NCBI RefSeq assembly: GCF_006345805.1 | Contig: NC_043002.1 | Location: forward strand, 54,064,001-54,128,000 | DNA length: 64,000 nucleotides | Direction: 5' to 3' | Source of the DNA: Octopus sinensis | Lineage: Eukaryota | Shown here: piece by piece, positions 28,281 to 42,582 of the stretch | Layout of the letters: each line of letters opens with the position of its first letter | How positions within the stretch are numbered: the stretch's first letter is position 1 | The notes under the pieces: model-generated | Database searches by the model: none | Seen by the model: the letters and a program-made list of their open reading frames with translations, nothing else | Told to the model about the DNA's origin: nothing | Position numbers and translations under genes: made by a program

Positions 28281-29676
28281 AAAGATAAAATATACACTTT
28301 CATTAAATAAGATTTTCAGTGCTAGAACATAATACATATTTTGTTTGTCTGAAAAGAATATGTTACTGCATGTTAATGACAATTCTGTAATGTTTGTATG
28401 TAGCACTTGTTTGCTCTGGGTGTGACGTAGATTTTTGCTTTTAAAGTACTGTAAAGCTTGTCTTGTATGAAGAAATTATATATGAGAAAATGAATAAAAT
28501 AATTTCTATGTAAACTCCACAGAAATTATTTGTTTCAACTTCATAACTGAAGCAGCATGTAATACGCATTGTCGTACTGTGGAAACTGATATAAACGAAA
28601 AGAAATCCAGGTGTTAGCAGTTGAGAGTGATATGGAAAGCTGCTTTTTGCAGAAATGTTTTCAAATTTTCAGCAAATCCCAGTATCACTTAATATTGAGT
28701 GAAAAATACTGAATGAAAATAAAACATTTTTAAGAATATTCAATGATTCATTTTCACAAACAGAAAATGGATTAAAATATTTTCATGGTTGTATTTCTAA
28801 TCAGCAGATTAACGGTGTTTCAATTGATTTACAACAAAATCAAGATTCGAGGCTTAGTAAAATATTCTATTGTTATATTGTGCTGGTTTTGAACAACTGA
28901 AATATTACGATATTGGCCAGCTCACTGAAATGGCAGACGCTTAGTCCACCTAGTTATAAATAAGGAACATTGGAATAACCCAGGCATTGAAAGTGTAAAA
29001 GTTTTGAGAATATTTCATGACTGACAATCTATTTCAAGAAATTTCAATTCTGAATTCTTGCCCAGCACAATTTGGCTCTCAGTTTGGTCAAAGTAAATCA
29101 ATAGCTTATCTATACTGCTTCATTTCTGTAAAAGAAAAATCAGTGCAAAATAGATTTCCTCTGTAAACAAAAGACAATACACATATTCTCGCATCGAGTA
29201 ATGTAGAATAGACTTAGCTGTGTAGTTAAAAGGTGTATTCTGCAATTATATAGTACCGATTTAACACCTCCAGCAGACTTCTTAGTGAAGTACTCTCTAC
29301 TGCAATCATTTGAGCCGAGTCTCTGCTTTGAGCATAACTATTTTCATCAGTCCTGTTGGCCATAACAAGAGACATGCAGCTAAATAACAAGGTAAACAGA
29401 CAGTCATGCAGATATAAAAGTAATAAAATATATCTCAATCGTTCCTGCGTAACCCAACAGTCAAATGCAAGATATATCTGAACACACAGAATAACAAAGC
29501 TGAATATAAACAAAGCAGAGGGGAAATGTCATGACTAGAACGCCTTTGATAATAGGCCTGTTTAATCAAAGATAATGTCAGATAAGTAACAAGAAATAGT
29601 AAACAACAATAACAAGAACAACATTCGTTACTAACATAAGTACATAGTCTGAGATATTGGTAGGAGTGTTAGTCGA

Positions 29677-29908
29677 TACTTATTTCTTTATTAACCACAA
29701 GGGGCTAAACATAGAGGAGACAAACAAAGACAGACAAAGGGATTAAGTCGATTACATCGATCCCAGTGCGTAACTGGTACTTAATTTATCGACCTCGAAA
29801 GGATGAAATGCAAAGTCGACCTCGGCTGAATTTGAACTCAGAACGTAACGTCAGACGAAATACCGCTAAGCATTTCACCCGGCATGCTAACGTTTCTGCC
29901 AGCTCGCC
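29677..29908 (-). mobile_element. SINE family N
   Basis: Full-length reverse-complement match to the 5646 unit. Confidence 0.9.
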
Positions 29909-30699
29909 AACTTCGATACTTGTCTGGTACGTTGTTTTACCGACTCTGAGGAAATGAAAGTGAAAATTGGCTTCGGCAGGATTTTAACTGAAAGTTCAAC
30001 AACGATATCAAGTATCGCAAAGTTTGTTGTGCGATGCTCGACTAATTCTTCCTATCTCACAACACAAGTAGTTTATGTTTCGAACATCACAGAGAAAACT
30101 ATAAATAGCTGGCAATCATAGATGGTCATGCCTGATGTGTTACCCTGCTTCAGGTAATGTCATTTGACATTCACTGTCAGTATATTAATGGAGCGGTACA
30201 ATTATCATAAGACATCGAGAAAGCCAGTATATGCTAGAAATAGCAGGGAAATTCTCATAAAACCATACATTTCTTTCAGAAAAGAAGCTCACATTTTGGT
30301 CCCAATATTAAGAGGGTGTGGTAGTGGTTGGAATACATTGGACCAATCAATAAGTATAATCGTTACATTTCCCATTTCTCTTCCTATTAGTGCAGGGTTT
30401 TTGACAGCCTTACTCTGATTAATTCACGTTCTTTTGTTAGCTACATTAAATTTACACTATTGTATACTACGATGAATGATCTCGTTTAGCCTCCGATCAC
30501 TAACAGACCTAAGATCAAAGGCATTATATATCTGACTATTATGTTTTATTTCTTCTCTATTCTCTAGCATGATAGTCTGTTTGTTATTCAATGAAGCTCT
30601 GCAGCCCCATTTAAGGGAAATTTTACAGAGTGGATTCAGAAGTTTTCTAGGACGACAATAAATAAATTAAATCGGCTATCATTAGCCGGTCGGATGACT

Positions 30700-31050
30700 T
30701 GCTCTGACGAATGCAACCCTTCCACGTTAAATATTCCAGTCGAACGATGCGACAAGAATGTATAGCTTGGGTTTGCTCGCATTGGTCTTTCGCTAGCTGT
30801 ATCATCTTATCTGCACACGCCACTACTACATATAAGAATAGTAGTTCGCTGACTGAACTGGTTGAACCTGGCTGTTGCTAGTTTGTTGCATATCCATTCT
30901 TTCAGCATTCTGTGATATTTGTCAGTAACCAAATATGTTCATAAGCTGAAATTGTTCACATCTACAATTCTGCATCCCATGATTTCAACGTACCCTGGCT
31001 TGAATGATCACATGTTATTTAACCCATTCTTATGACTCTAAGATATGCTA
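30700..31050 (-). mobile_element. Possible very old RTE-like LINE RT C-terminal remnant
   Basis: Weak similarity only: KEWICNKLATARFNQ...SKPKLYILVAS resembles the RIA.A..AF..L...KTKLR pattern; multiple stops. Confidence 0.25.
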
Positions 31051-32975
31051 CTACTCCGGATGAGAGCAGTTCTAGGAACAATAATGGCTAAGAGATGGTT
31101 CCACACTCCTCAAAACCCTGGAACTCCCGAGCAGGGGCCCCATTACCCTAGACACTTAAATCGGCTATACTCTCCGACAAAATCCATAGACTTGCGCCGT
31201 TGTTAGAAATCTCCCACCCCGCTTCTTTTTCTTCCTAAATCAAAGAATATGTTTTTCTTACCCAGACATGAAACGAAACTTTTTTTCCTGGTGACTTATA
31301 CACAATTTCCTGCTTGTCCGAAATATATAAAATATTTTACTTTAGGTTGGGAATTCCCAGAAAATAAACATTATCAAAGGCTATCAAATTTGAAGTCATT
31401 CTCGGTGTTTCTTTCACAAAAGAAACACCAATAAATATGACACTCTCATATAACTGTTTGAGGGTTAGCATCGGATGAAATAACCTGCAGTATTTAGTAG
31501 CGATCCTTTAATTTCTGATTTCAAATGTAGTAGGGGTCGTATTTGATCATTATGTTTATAGTACATCGTTGATGAGAAAGGAATAATAAAAGACTTTTAT
31601 AATATCAAATGAGGTTTTGCTATTATGGTTTCAATTTATCTCGATCTTACCCTATTTCTATCTTAACCTCTCTCTATCTATTTCTCTATCTATTTTATCT
31701 CTATATCTCTCTGATTTTCATAACTAAAGTAGATTCACTTTTTCAATACATGAAAATATCCATTAGATTCGAATCAACTACGACATCAAAGAATGTAATA
31801 TTTTCAAGCTTATCACTGAATTAAATAATTATTTTTATCAATCTGAACATCTTGCTAATTAAACAAGGTGAAAAGTGATTTCACTCCATGACGGTAAAGA
31901 TGGTAGTTGTTACTATTGTTGTTGTTGCCGTTGATTTACCCTAGGTCGGGCCTAATCGAATAGATCTGTTCAAAGACATTTCGGTTATGACCATCCCTTT
32001 CAATCAAATACTGAGCATTCTGGACATTATTCGATTTATTCTCATTCTAACGTTGTAAAATTTGTCATGAGGAAGACTTCGGTGCTATTTCTTGCAATTA
32101 GGAAGGCGGAATCATGTTTGAGACTCAGTCGTTGAATCTGTTAATTTTGCTTAACCCTTGCAATGACCAAATCGGCATACCAATCATTAACGACGTTCCA
32201 GCCAACACCAACTGGTCTTTTTGACGTAGTGTGTGTCTGGAACCAGATTATCCAATGTTTCTGAAAATATCAATAACTTCACCACGTGCGTGCTTGTATT
32301 ACAAGATACACTCTCCGCACTTTGTGACCTTTCAACACGTTGCTCAGGTCAACCATTACTGAATAACCTGTACGTAACCTGCAGCGGATTTCCTGTTTCT
32401 TATGGTAGTCGCTACAGATGCAGACACCTACCAATTTACCTTTTCAACCGGCTTGATCCCCTGACCGTGAAGTCGAGTCACTGGGCATTCAATTAAATTC
32501 AAATTACTGGTAGGCAGAGGCCAGCTATTTTTCTGCCGTATTTTATTCACAGCTTGTACTTCAGTGCTTGTTGGTAACAGCGGACGGTATCAGCTGCATT
32601 TTCTATTAACCGCCTCATAATTGTCGACCTAGAATTCCATAGCTATTCTGACCTCTATTCCTCCATAAACATAGTATGAACATATCAACAGGATGCTATC
32701 CTGGTTTGATACATTTGCCTATGTCAAACAAGTTACAGTAACCCCTTTCTGTACAGACTTCAGCCTGCTGTTTTATCTTAGTTGATATAATTCTGATCGA
32801 TCAAATGGTAAGAGAAACTCATTTTATCAATCGTGTCCCATGATTTAGTGTCGCTAATAAAATCGGATATCTTCGTTATTTTTTTATATCTATATACATA
32901 TATTCAAACACACACACACATATACATATGTATACACATATATATGCGTTTATAAATATGTATATACATATATAT

Positions 32976-33026
<51 letters not shown>

Positions 33027-33043
33027 TGTCTGTGTATGTATGT

Positions 33044-33100
<57 letters not shown>

Positions 33101-33988
33101 AGCCACTTTAACATGGTTGTTTGTTCGAGCGGTCTCTACATCTCTAGCTGGTTAACGATGTACAGCTGAATCTGACTAAAGATTATTAGAAAGATGCTCC
33201 AATTTGTAAAATTTGAAGATTTTGGTTCTTTATTTTTTTTTTTTTTTGTTCTCATTTAACTTTGTAAGAACCAGAGGCGCAAAGCCATTAGTAATTTTAC
33301 ACAAAAACCTTAGTTTGTATCCATTACTACAATTTGCCATTTGGCAATACACATTTGTACTAACGTAACAGTAATTCCGAGTTTGCATCTATTTCCTGTA
33401 CATGATATTCACTCTTTCATCACTCATCATTTTTAATCAATGATGTTTCAGTGGTTGTACAAAGTAGTTTGCTGAAAATAAATAACATATTTACGTCCAC
33501 AAGTAACTGAGACATCTATAATTAAGTTAGAGTTAAACTGAATTAAAGCAGATAACAAAAATGATAATTAGCAGACGCAATTACGTAATGAGGAGTAAAT
33601 AATATTAGACAGAGACTTATATTATTTGAATTATTTCAACTAGTACGGGATATAACTCCGTAGAAGCTTAGACTTATTATGACTGCATCACAGGAGAGTT
33701 GACTTGATCCTATTTGCCGAATGAACGATTCAAGAATTAGAGAATTTGTAGAAAATGTTAAAATAATATGTCTTTGTCTAATACTGAATATATTGGGGAA
33801 AAAAACATTCCATCCTAGGAGATCTACTTAGATAAGCGAAAGGGATAGCTGAAAGACACATCGATGTTTGTAATGGTGGAACGTGTACAAAGTTTTCTAA
33901 GGGGTATCTGTATAATGAGGTATACTGAAATTAGCAAGAGTAAATGAAAATAGAAAGGAATACGCATAAGTTTGTGTGTGTGTAGGCG

Positions 33989-34022
<34 letters not shown>

Positions 34023-34051
34023 GCGGTATGTGTGTGTGTGAGTGTGTGTGT

Positions 34052-34099
<48 letters not shown>

Positions 34100-34327
34100 T
34101 GTGTGTGTGTGTGTCTCGCCACAGCGCTTGACATCCGGTGTTTGTGTTTTTATGTTCCCGCAATTTAGCGGTTAGGCCACAGAGACTGATAAAAATACCA
34201 AGATTAAAAGAATAACTACTTGACTCGATTCGTGTTACTAAATTTCTTTAGTGCAGTACCCCAGCATGAACACAGTCTAATAACTCGCACAATTCTAATA
34301 TTTAAAATATATATATATATATATATA

Positions 34328-34514
34328 AAGGGAAAGTTTACGAAAATAAACAAAAGACGAAGGCAGGTTGTGTACAAACAAACAAATGTATTAGTATAGC
34401 GCTCAGGAATAGAAAACGTCTTTTACGTTTCGAGCCTACGCTCTTCCACAGAAAGATACACAGAAAAAAACAAGGAGAGAAACAAGATAAAAAAATGCGT
34501 GTAGTAGCTAACGA
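34328..34514 (-). mobile_element. ~190-bp non-autonomous hammerhead-bearing repeat, copy 1
   Basis: Reverse complement aligns along its length with 61775-61970; flanked by (TA)n on both sides; no ORF. Confidence 0.8.
34418..34456 (-). ncRNA. Minimal type I hammerhead-like motif with CUGUGGA core
   Basis: UCUUU | CUGUGGA | A-GAGC-GUAG-GCUC | GAA | ACGU | A | AAAGA; stems I, II and the palindromic stem III are perfectly paired. Confidence 0.6.
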
Positions 34515-34972
34515 TATATATATATATATATATATATATGCATACATACATACATACATACATACATACATACATACATACATACATACATACATACATA
34601 CATACATACATACATACATACATACATAACTGCTACTGTCCTTCATTAGGAATACTCTTTATTTCCCTCTCACCGATGACGGTATAGTTAGCTTATGTGG
34701 AAATCTCTACTCAATAGCATATGGTCCCTATGCTTAGCTATCTAGACACAACTGTAAGAGACCTTGTGTATTCTTAATAACTAGTCTGCACTATGTTCGA
34801 ATTATGTTTAAATTAGACTTATAAATTAAATGCTCAAAATAATACATGTTACAACGTTTTGTTTGTTCATTATCTGTTTTTGATATATATGTGGTGTTGG
34901 GGTGTTGTATATATACATATATATATATATATGTAATCGTGTATATATGTGTTTAGATAGATAGATAGATAA

Positions 34973-35062
<90 letters not shown>

Positions 35063-35111
35063 GTCAATATCGAAAAGTGAGAATGTGTGCTCAACACTCT
35101 TTGGTAAATAA

Positions 35112-35520
35112 ATACTCTTTTACTCTTTTACTTGTTTCAGTCATTTGACAGCGGCCATGCTGGAGCACCGCCTTTAATCGAGCAACTCGGCCCCGGAACT
35201 TATTCTTTGTAAGCCCAGTACTTATTCTATCGGTCTCTTTTGCCGAACCGCTAAGTGACGGGGACATAAACACACCAGCATCGGTTGTCAAGCGATGTTG
35301 GATGGGACAAACACAGACACACAAACACACACGCACATATATATATATGCACATATATACGACGGGCTTCTTTCAGTTTCCGTCTACCAAATCCACTCAC
35401 CAGGCTTTGACCGGCCCGAGGCTATAGTAGAAGACACTTGCCCAAGGTGCCACGCAGTGGGACTGAACCCGGAACCATGTGGTTGGTAAACAAGCTACTT
35501 ACCACACAGCCACTCCTGTG
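35112..35520 (-). mobile_element. SINE family B
   Basis: Reverse complement of 43427-43863 with a shorter internal repeat. Confidence 0.9.
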
Positions 35521-35522
35521 CC

Positions 35523-35747
35523 TATCAACATCTCATTAACTCTCTCAGTCTCTCCTTCTCTCTCCTCTACTCCTCCACTCATGTCTACTTCTTCTCTCTC
35601 CTTCTGACTGTTTTTTTCTCACCATCTAAAATACATAAATATTCGTTATTTGTCGCTTAACAAGACAACTAATGATTAAACAGTTGCTCAATCTTGCTGC
35701 GTGGATGGTCATAGAAATAAATAAAGAAAGAAGGAAGGAAGGAAGAC

Positions 35748-35790
<43 letters not shown>

Positions 35791-36669
35791 GGAGGGTATC
35801 ACTGTCTCATTGACGTTCCTGCTGTTATTTTTATTGTAGATGTTTGTTAGTTGAGTTGTTATTAATATAGCATTATTGCTGTTATCATTGTCGTTATTTC
35901 TTAGCCAGTTCAGACCTATTTCAGCAAAATTATGATTAAAGTAATCCCAATCACTATTATTATTTTATTCTGCTTTTTCTTTTTTTTTCGGCTTTAATGC
36001 GCTTAGGACTACTTAATTATCCAATGTGTGGAGGCACATGTCCTAGTGGTTAGAGCAACGGACTCGCGGTCGAGGGATCGCGGGTTCGAATCGCAGACCG
36101 TGCGATGTGTGCGTTTATGAGCGAAACCCCTAAGCTCTACGCGGCTCCGGCAGAAGGTAATGGCGAACTTCTACTGATTCTTTTGCCACAACATTCTCTC
36201 ACTCTTTCCTTCTGCATCTTGCAGCTCACCTGCGACGGACAGGCGTTCCGTCCAGGTGGGGAACCTATACGCCAAGGGAACCAGGAAACCGGCCCTTATG
36301 AACCAGGCATGGCTCAAGAAGGAACAAACAATGAACAACAATTATCCAATGTGTTCTTTAACTCTTTTTAAGACTGCAGGGTGTGCTATGAGGGCCAATT
36401 CTGCTGCTATTTCAAATAGCGAAACGACTACATAGAACATCCACGATGAGTCGTAATCGATTTTGACATTACATGATATACTGATTTTGATTCGTTCGCG
36501 GTTGAAATTAATTTTCTTCATTCACGTAAGTTGTACTCTTTTGAAACGTATCAACGTCTCTTTAACTCTCTCAGTCTCTCCTTCTCTCTCCTCTATTCCT
36601 CCACTCATGTCTACTTCTTCTCTTTCCTTCTGTCTGCTTTTTTCTCACCATCTAAAATACATAAATATT
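35523..36669. repeat. ~121-bp direct repeat pair (35523-35643 and 36549-36669)
   Basis: TTAACTCTCTCAGTCTCTCC...CACCATCTAAAATACATAAATATT present twice with few substitutions. Confidence 0.9.
36030..36339 (+). mobile_element. tRNA-headed SINE, family A, with 15-bp target-site duplication
   Basis: A-box-like TGTCCTAGTGG and B-box GGTTCGAATC; (AAC)n-like tail; AATTATCCAATGTGT at 36015-36029 and 36340-36354. Confidence 0.9.
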
Positions 36670-36684
36670 TTTCATCTTTTTCAT

Positions 36685-37012
36685 GTTTCGGCCATTAGAC
36701 TGCGGCCATTCTGGAGCACCGTATTAAAGAATTTTAGTCAACTGAATCGACACCAATACTCTTTTTTAAAGCTGGTATTTATTCCATCGGCTTCTTTCTC
36801 CGAACCACTATGTTACAGGGTCGTAAAAACACCAACACCGGTTGTGAAGCGGTAGTGAGGAACAAACAGACACAAAGACACGCACATAGATAGATATAGA
36901 CCATGGGCTTCTTTCAGTTTTCCTCTACCAAATTCATTGACAAGGTGCTACGCAGTGGGAAGGAAGCCTGAACCACGCTGTCGGGAAGTAAACTTCTTAC
37001 CACACAGCCACG
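36685..37012 (-). mobile_element. SINE family B, diverged
   Basis: GCGGCCATTCTGGAGCACCG...GGGCTTCTTTCAGTTT...CTTACCACACAGCCAC. Confidence 0.8.
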
Positions 37013-38375
37013 CCGAAAATAACATATGTAGGGGCCATCTGAAAGCGTAAATTCTACCAACAGAGATTTTTATAGATTCTCATTTCTCTCACATTCTTCT
37101 TATCTCTCACTCAATACTCCCCTGCACTCCCACTCATTGTCACTCACTACCCCCTCCCTTTCCCTTTTCTTCTTCTTCCACCTATATAGTCTTCTCCACC
37201 AATTTCTTAATTCCAAATTCGATTAACTTTCGTGATTTAATTCAGTACGCTATTATTAAACATTCCCTGAAGAAAACGATCAAAAGTCCCTTCTCCATTA
37301 CGACGATCGATTTCTCCAAAATAAAGAGCTCCAGGGGAAAATCTATAATGTGAACATCATCTAAGAGTTTAAAAGTGACGTGGTTCAAAGACTTATTATT
37401 GTTTGATCTCTGATTGTCCCACTGGAGCTACTATTGTAAGCGTACTGGGAAATAATAATTCCTCCGTATATGAACGCTGGCACAGTTTTATTCGATGTAA
37501 TGGATTAGATATCAGAAGAAATAAAATATATCAGACATTATGAAATAATATCCGTTGAAATAAAAATAGAATTATATATTATTTTCAATATTATTTCCAG
37601 CCAGATATTTCCTAAATTTTATGTGAAAATGTCTGTTATGAAAAACCAAACATAAATTTACTTATTTACAGTACAATGATTTTTTTTTATCATTATTATT
37701 ATTAATAAAACAGAAAATTTTCGGTGTAATAGCCATTGTTTTGAGAATATATTGTGTTCGTTCCAGTAAAACAACCACACCAGTAAAAATACCCATTATA
37801 CAGACACTAAACAACATAGAAGCTACTACCTCAGAGACATAAAAAAAATACAGTTTAGATATCAGGAGTCCTGGACAAATGTTTTGACTTTCAGAAAATA
37901 TGACCCAGATCGATAACAAACAGATATAACAAACATTTTTATTTTCGTAGCATTGTGATACATTTTGTTATTATTTACTACATATGTGCAATTACTATTG
38001 TTAGAAATATTGTTATTATTAGTATTATTATTTTAGGTGGGTTTTTTTTTTTCTTGCTTCTTGTGAATACTTTTCTTTCCAATTAGACATCCTTTTAACC
38101 GAGTTTTCTTTCAAAGCATTTACGGATATATACTTTAAAGGTTACTGCACACATATACATACATGCACCTAACATACACTTACAGAAGTATGGTACGCTT
38201 ACAGACTCACGTATACACACGCAAATTGCTATTCATTGTAAAGTTAGAGCAATTCATAAAAGAACGTATATACAACATTGAATATGTATAAATATATTAA
38301 CTGAAGAACATCGCTTGCCAATATACATTATGCTTGTCTGATTTGCCGTTAACGAACTATACTGGCGGCTGCATA

Positions 38376-38427
<52 letters not shown>

Positions 38428-38460
38428 GTATGGGAGTATATATTAAGATAGATAGATAAC

Positions 38461-38514
<54 letters not shown>

Positions 38515-39592
38515 TATATGCAAACATACATACATGCATGCATTCATAATACATACATATGTACATACATACAAACATACATACATAAATGCATGCATAC
38601 ATACATTCACATACATACACATTGCGATATATATATATTAAGAAAGAGAGGGGGAAGGCGTAAGCATAAGTGAAGAATGTATGTGCACCCAAGCAATTAT
38701 ATGTGTAATCGAATGCGTATATATAAAGACAAAGAGAATTAGGTAGCTAGGTAGTGAGTGAAAAATTCGCGCGTGTGTGAGGAATCTGAACAGCGAGATT
38801 CAGAACGGCAACATGCATTTTTATTCTTAATACGTTTCGGTAGATACGAACTGCAATATGCTAATATTTGTGGTATGTTGTTATCGGAGAACAATTTCTT
38901 TCTGGCGAATGTGAGATCATAGTACACTTGATTCATTAGCGCAAGAGGACGTTCGGATACCCGCTGTTTCGATATCGGTGTGTCTCTTTAGCCAAAACTA
39001 CTAGAAGTTCATGAAGCTAAAAAGTGTTTGTGAGTCTTATTTATAAATTCAGCTAACAAATTATTTGCTAATGTGCGCTGATATTTATTAACTTAAATCT
39101 TCATGTGCACGGTGGACAACGGCTAACATATAGATGACATACTTACTCATTCTTAATATGTTCCGTCAATTTCGAACGGAAATGTGCTAACTGTTTCTGT
39201 CTTTCCTCAACAAAGTCTCCTTTCAGAAGAATGTGTGTTCATAATACACCCGATTCATTAATGTAAGGGAACACTATGACACCTGATGTTTCTGTAGGTG
39301 CTCAGTCAAAACTATTCCAGATTAATGTCGTAATTTAACGAAGGCAATATCAAACAATATGATTTCTGGTAGAAAATGTGAATGGAACTGAACATTGATA
39401 AGTTCAACTAAGAGTGATCTGGGGATACACTACACAGTTTATTTCGTACTAAAGTCGGAAGTCCTCTGCGCAGGCGCTCATCCTACAAGGCGTGGCACAT
39501 AAAGATTCCTCAAATTGCAAACTAATGTCAAACATTCGGCAAGAACGATACTGGAATATTCAATTCAATACAATACACAGAAATTATATATC

Positions 39593-39658
<66 letters not shown>

Positions 39659-39939
39659 TGTGTATGTGTGTGTGTGTATACATATATACATAAATATACA
39701 TATGTAATAATATAATACTAAATATTATATGTATATATATATATATATTTATATATATATGTTATATATATATATATATATATATATTATATTCAAAGAG
39801 CAATAAGATTCAAGTTAATTTTAAAAAATTTACTTGAATATGGTACCTAACTTAGATGCACCAAAAAAAACTATACTGATTTAACAATACAGTAATGTGG
39901 GGTGATTATAAGCGAGAAAGAAGCAACAAGAATGGATAG

Positions 39940-40035
39940 GTATTTAGTACGATCGTTTCATACAAGGACAGGTTTTATTAAAAGTTGCAAAGATTACAGC
40001 ATATAAACGAGTCCCGTACTCATCAGCTAAAATAC
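39940..40035 (-). ncRNA. Type I hammerhead ribozyme, canonical core, large loop II
   Basis: GUAUUUUAG | CUGAUGA | GUAC-GGGAC...~40 nt...GUCCU-U-GUAU | GAA | ACGAUCGU | A | CUAAAUAC. 8-bp stem I with one bulge, palindromic stem III, predicted cut between 39948 and 39947. Confidence 0.85.
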
Positions 40036-40128
40036 ATGTAAGTTCTCTAGACATTCTAGTGTTTGAGGCTATACTCATGAAGTAATGTAGATAATTAAAC
40101 AGATTTCTAAAGTTCATTAAAGTTCTTT

Positions 40129-40176
<48 letters not shown>

Positions 40177-40177
40177 G

Positions 40178-40246
<69 letters not shown>

Positions 40247-40549
40247 AGTAATTTTACGAAACCAGTACGCTTTTGAATCTCTTTAACAATTCACAATAAT
40301 GACTTTATTACTTTTACTCCCTACCTCAGTTCATCTAATTGTATATATCTATCGTTACTTTTCATAAAAACCCTTTATTTTTTTTTTATTCTAGTGTGCA
40401 TTTTCGCTTATTTTTCTCTTACTCTCCCCTTACATTCCCCACGTGTAATTTTTATTTCCTTTTGGTAACATACATTTCTATTATATATATATATTATATT
40501 ATATATATATAATTATATATATATATATATATAATATATATTATTATAT

Positions 40550-40581
<32 letters not shown>

Positions 40582-40737
40582 ATATATATATATAATTAAT
40601 AAATAAGGACAACGAAAAGATTCTAATGCCAAACATGCCGAAAAATTGGACATATTGTCCATTAACCATATAATTTTTTCACAATACGCACGCTACTACT
40701 CGAAAAAAGGTCGACAGAAATTTCTAAAAAATTCCAT

Positions 40738-40799
40738 TGTTACCATATCGGACCGATTTCAGGTTTACTTATAACAGCCCTCCCTTCGTCAGTGATACA
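40738..40799 (-). ncRNA. Type I hammerhead ribozyme, canonical core (CUGACGA)
   Basis: UGUAUCA | CUGACGA | AGG...CCU | GAA | AUCGG-U-CCGAU | A | UGGUA-A-CA. Near-palindromic stem III, AUA triplet. Confidence 0.75.
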
Positions 40800-40967
40800 T
40801 GTGGCAAAAGAAATAAATGAGATACTTACTCATACCCATGGAAGAAGAAACACTAAGTCATGAGCACAATTAAGTACCCCAAATACATCCAAAATAGAAA
40901 TACTCCAGCCCATTCGAGACATGTGCGATTTGAACTGAGGCCCTCACAGAGTGAGAGAGTCCGGAAG

Positions 40968-41067
40968 NNNNNNNNNNNNNNNNNNNNNNNNNNNNNNNNN
41001 NNNNNNNNNNNNNNNNNNNNNNNNNNNNNNNNNNNNNNNNNNNNNNNNNNNNNNNNNNNNNNNNNNN
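40968..41067. other. Assembly gap (100 N)
   Basis: Run of exactly 100 N, typical of a placeholder of unknown size. Confidence 1.
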
Positions 41068-41071
41068 TATA

Positions 41072-41116
<45 letters not shown>

Positions 41117-41245
41117 ATAATAAATGTTAAGCAACAAATTGCTTCACCACATACCGAAAATTTAGAAATTACTCCACAGATAACAATATTTGTAACTCAC
41201 ATAGGCAAAAAAAGAAAAATAACGAAATCAAACAGTCTTCGATTA

Positions 41246-41303
41246 ATTGTGGAAGCGTTTCTGGATTAGAATTATACAAATTTATTCCCATCCTCAGCAC
41301 AAT
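41246..41303 (-). ncRNA. Type I hammerhead-like motif (CUGAGGA), stem III with one mismatch
   Basis: AUUGUG | CUGAGGA | UGGG...UCCA | GAA | ACGCUU | C | CACAAU. Perfect 6-bp stem I; stem III is one change from the palindrome ACGCGU. Confidence 0.65.
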
Positions 41304-41365
41304 ATTCGATAATTTATAAATTTGAAAATGCTAGGAACCTACCCTTGCATACCCATCCAGCGCAT

Positions 41366-41420
<55 letters not shown>

Positions 41421-41574
41421 TATATATATATATATATTATATATATATATATACATATACATATCTATCTATCTATATATATATATATAGGAGAGAGAGA
41501 GAGATGCGCTGGATCGGGATATATATATATAATATATATATATGTATAATATATTATACATAGATATATATATA

Positions 41575-41633
<59 letters not shown>

Positions 41634-42078
41634 ATACTAGTTGTTGTTATACATACATACACACATACATACAAGCATATGTAATGATAATATTAAGTAG
41701 ATGTAAACACATGAACAAAATAAGAATAAACAAAAACAACAAAAACAAAATACAAATTACATGAACATATATAAACAGAAGATACAAATATTACAAGCAT
41801 CCCCCCACATGCACACACTAAATAAACATAGACGCACATAGAGATATAAGCATGCGCAAATGAAGACATACAATAGAAATACAAAATGGCTGGAGAGACA
41901 CAAATAAGAAAGAAGAAAACAAAGGACCACTGATGCGGTCACAGGAGTGTGACGAAAGATTAAGATTAATGTAAAAAATAAATAACACTGAAAGCAAAAT
42001 AACAGCAAATATATAGTGCATGTGTTTTTATTGGCTAAACTGGCAATATGACCATCCGAATATATATATATATAATAT

Positions 42079-42128
<50 letters not shown>

Positions 42129-42582
42129 GGTGGCCCCAGCATGGCCACAGCTCATAAGCTGAAACTGGAAAAATCAAAATCAAATCATTATATAATATAT
42201 ATATATATTACAAAATATAAAGTTATATCTTGAGTGACAACAACGCTCAAGATATACAACGGACTGGAAATAGAAGTGCTCCAATGAGCTATATACACTT
42301 TTTTATCCAAGGGCAATGCGAGCAACAACCAAGGAACATCACAAAATTCAAAGATAGACCTAACACATACAAATCTTATATACTAATTTATATCTAAACA
42401 ATCCGACATTTAAAAAAAAAATTTAATTCAGTAATATATAAGTATCATATACAAGTAAAAATATAAATTTTGCATATAACACGCTTAAAACTGTTAGAAT
42501 AAGAGAAATAAATATAATGATAATAAAATAAAAATATGGCATATCAAAAGACGAATAAAATTCCGGCGAATAGTACATAGAG

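Noticed and set aside
29226-29513. Possible minus-strand exon (TDENSYAQSRDSAQMIAVESTSLRSLLEVLN)
   Set aside because: A plausible acceptor but a weak donor, no recognisable homology and no partner exons; needs RNA-seq.
32233-32496. 87-aa ORF of moderate complexity
   Set aside because: No recognisable domain or splice context; possibly an old repeat, but I cannot support a call.
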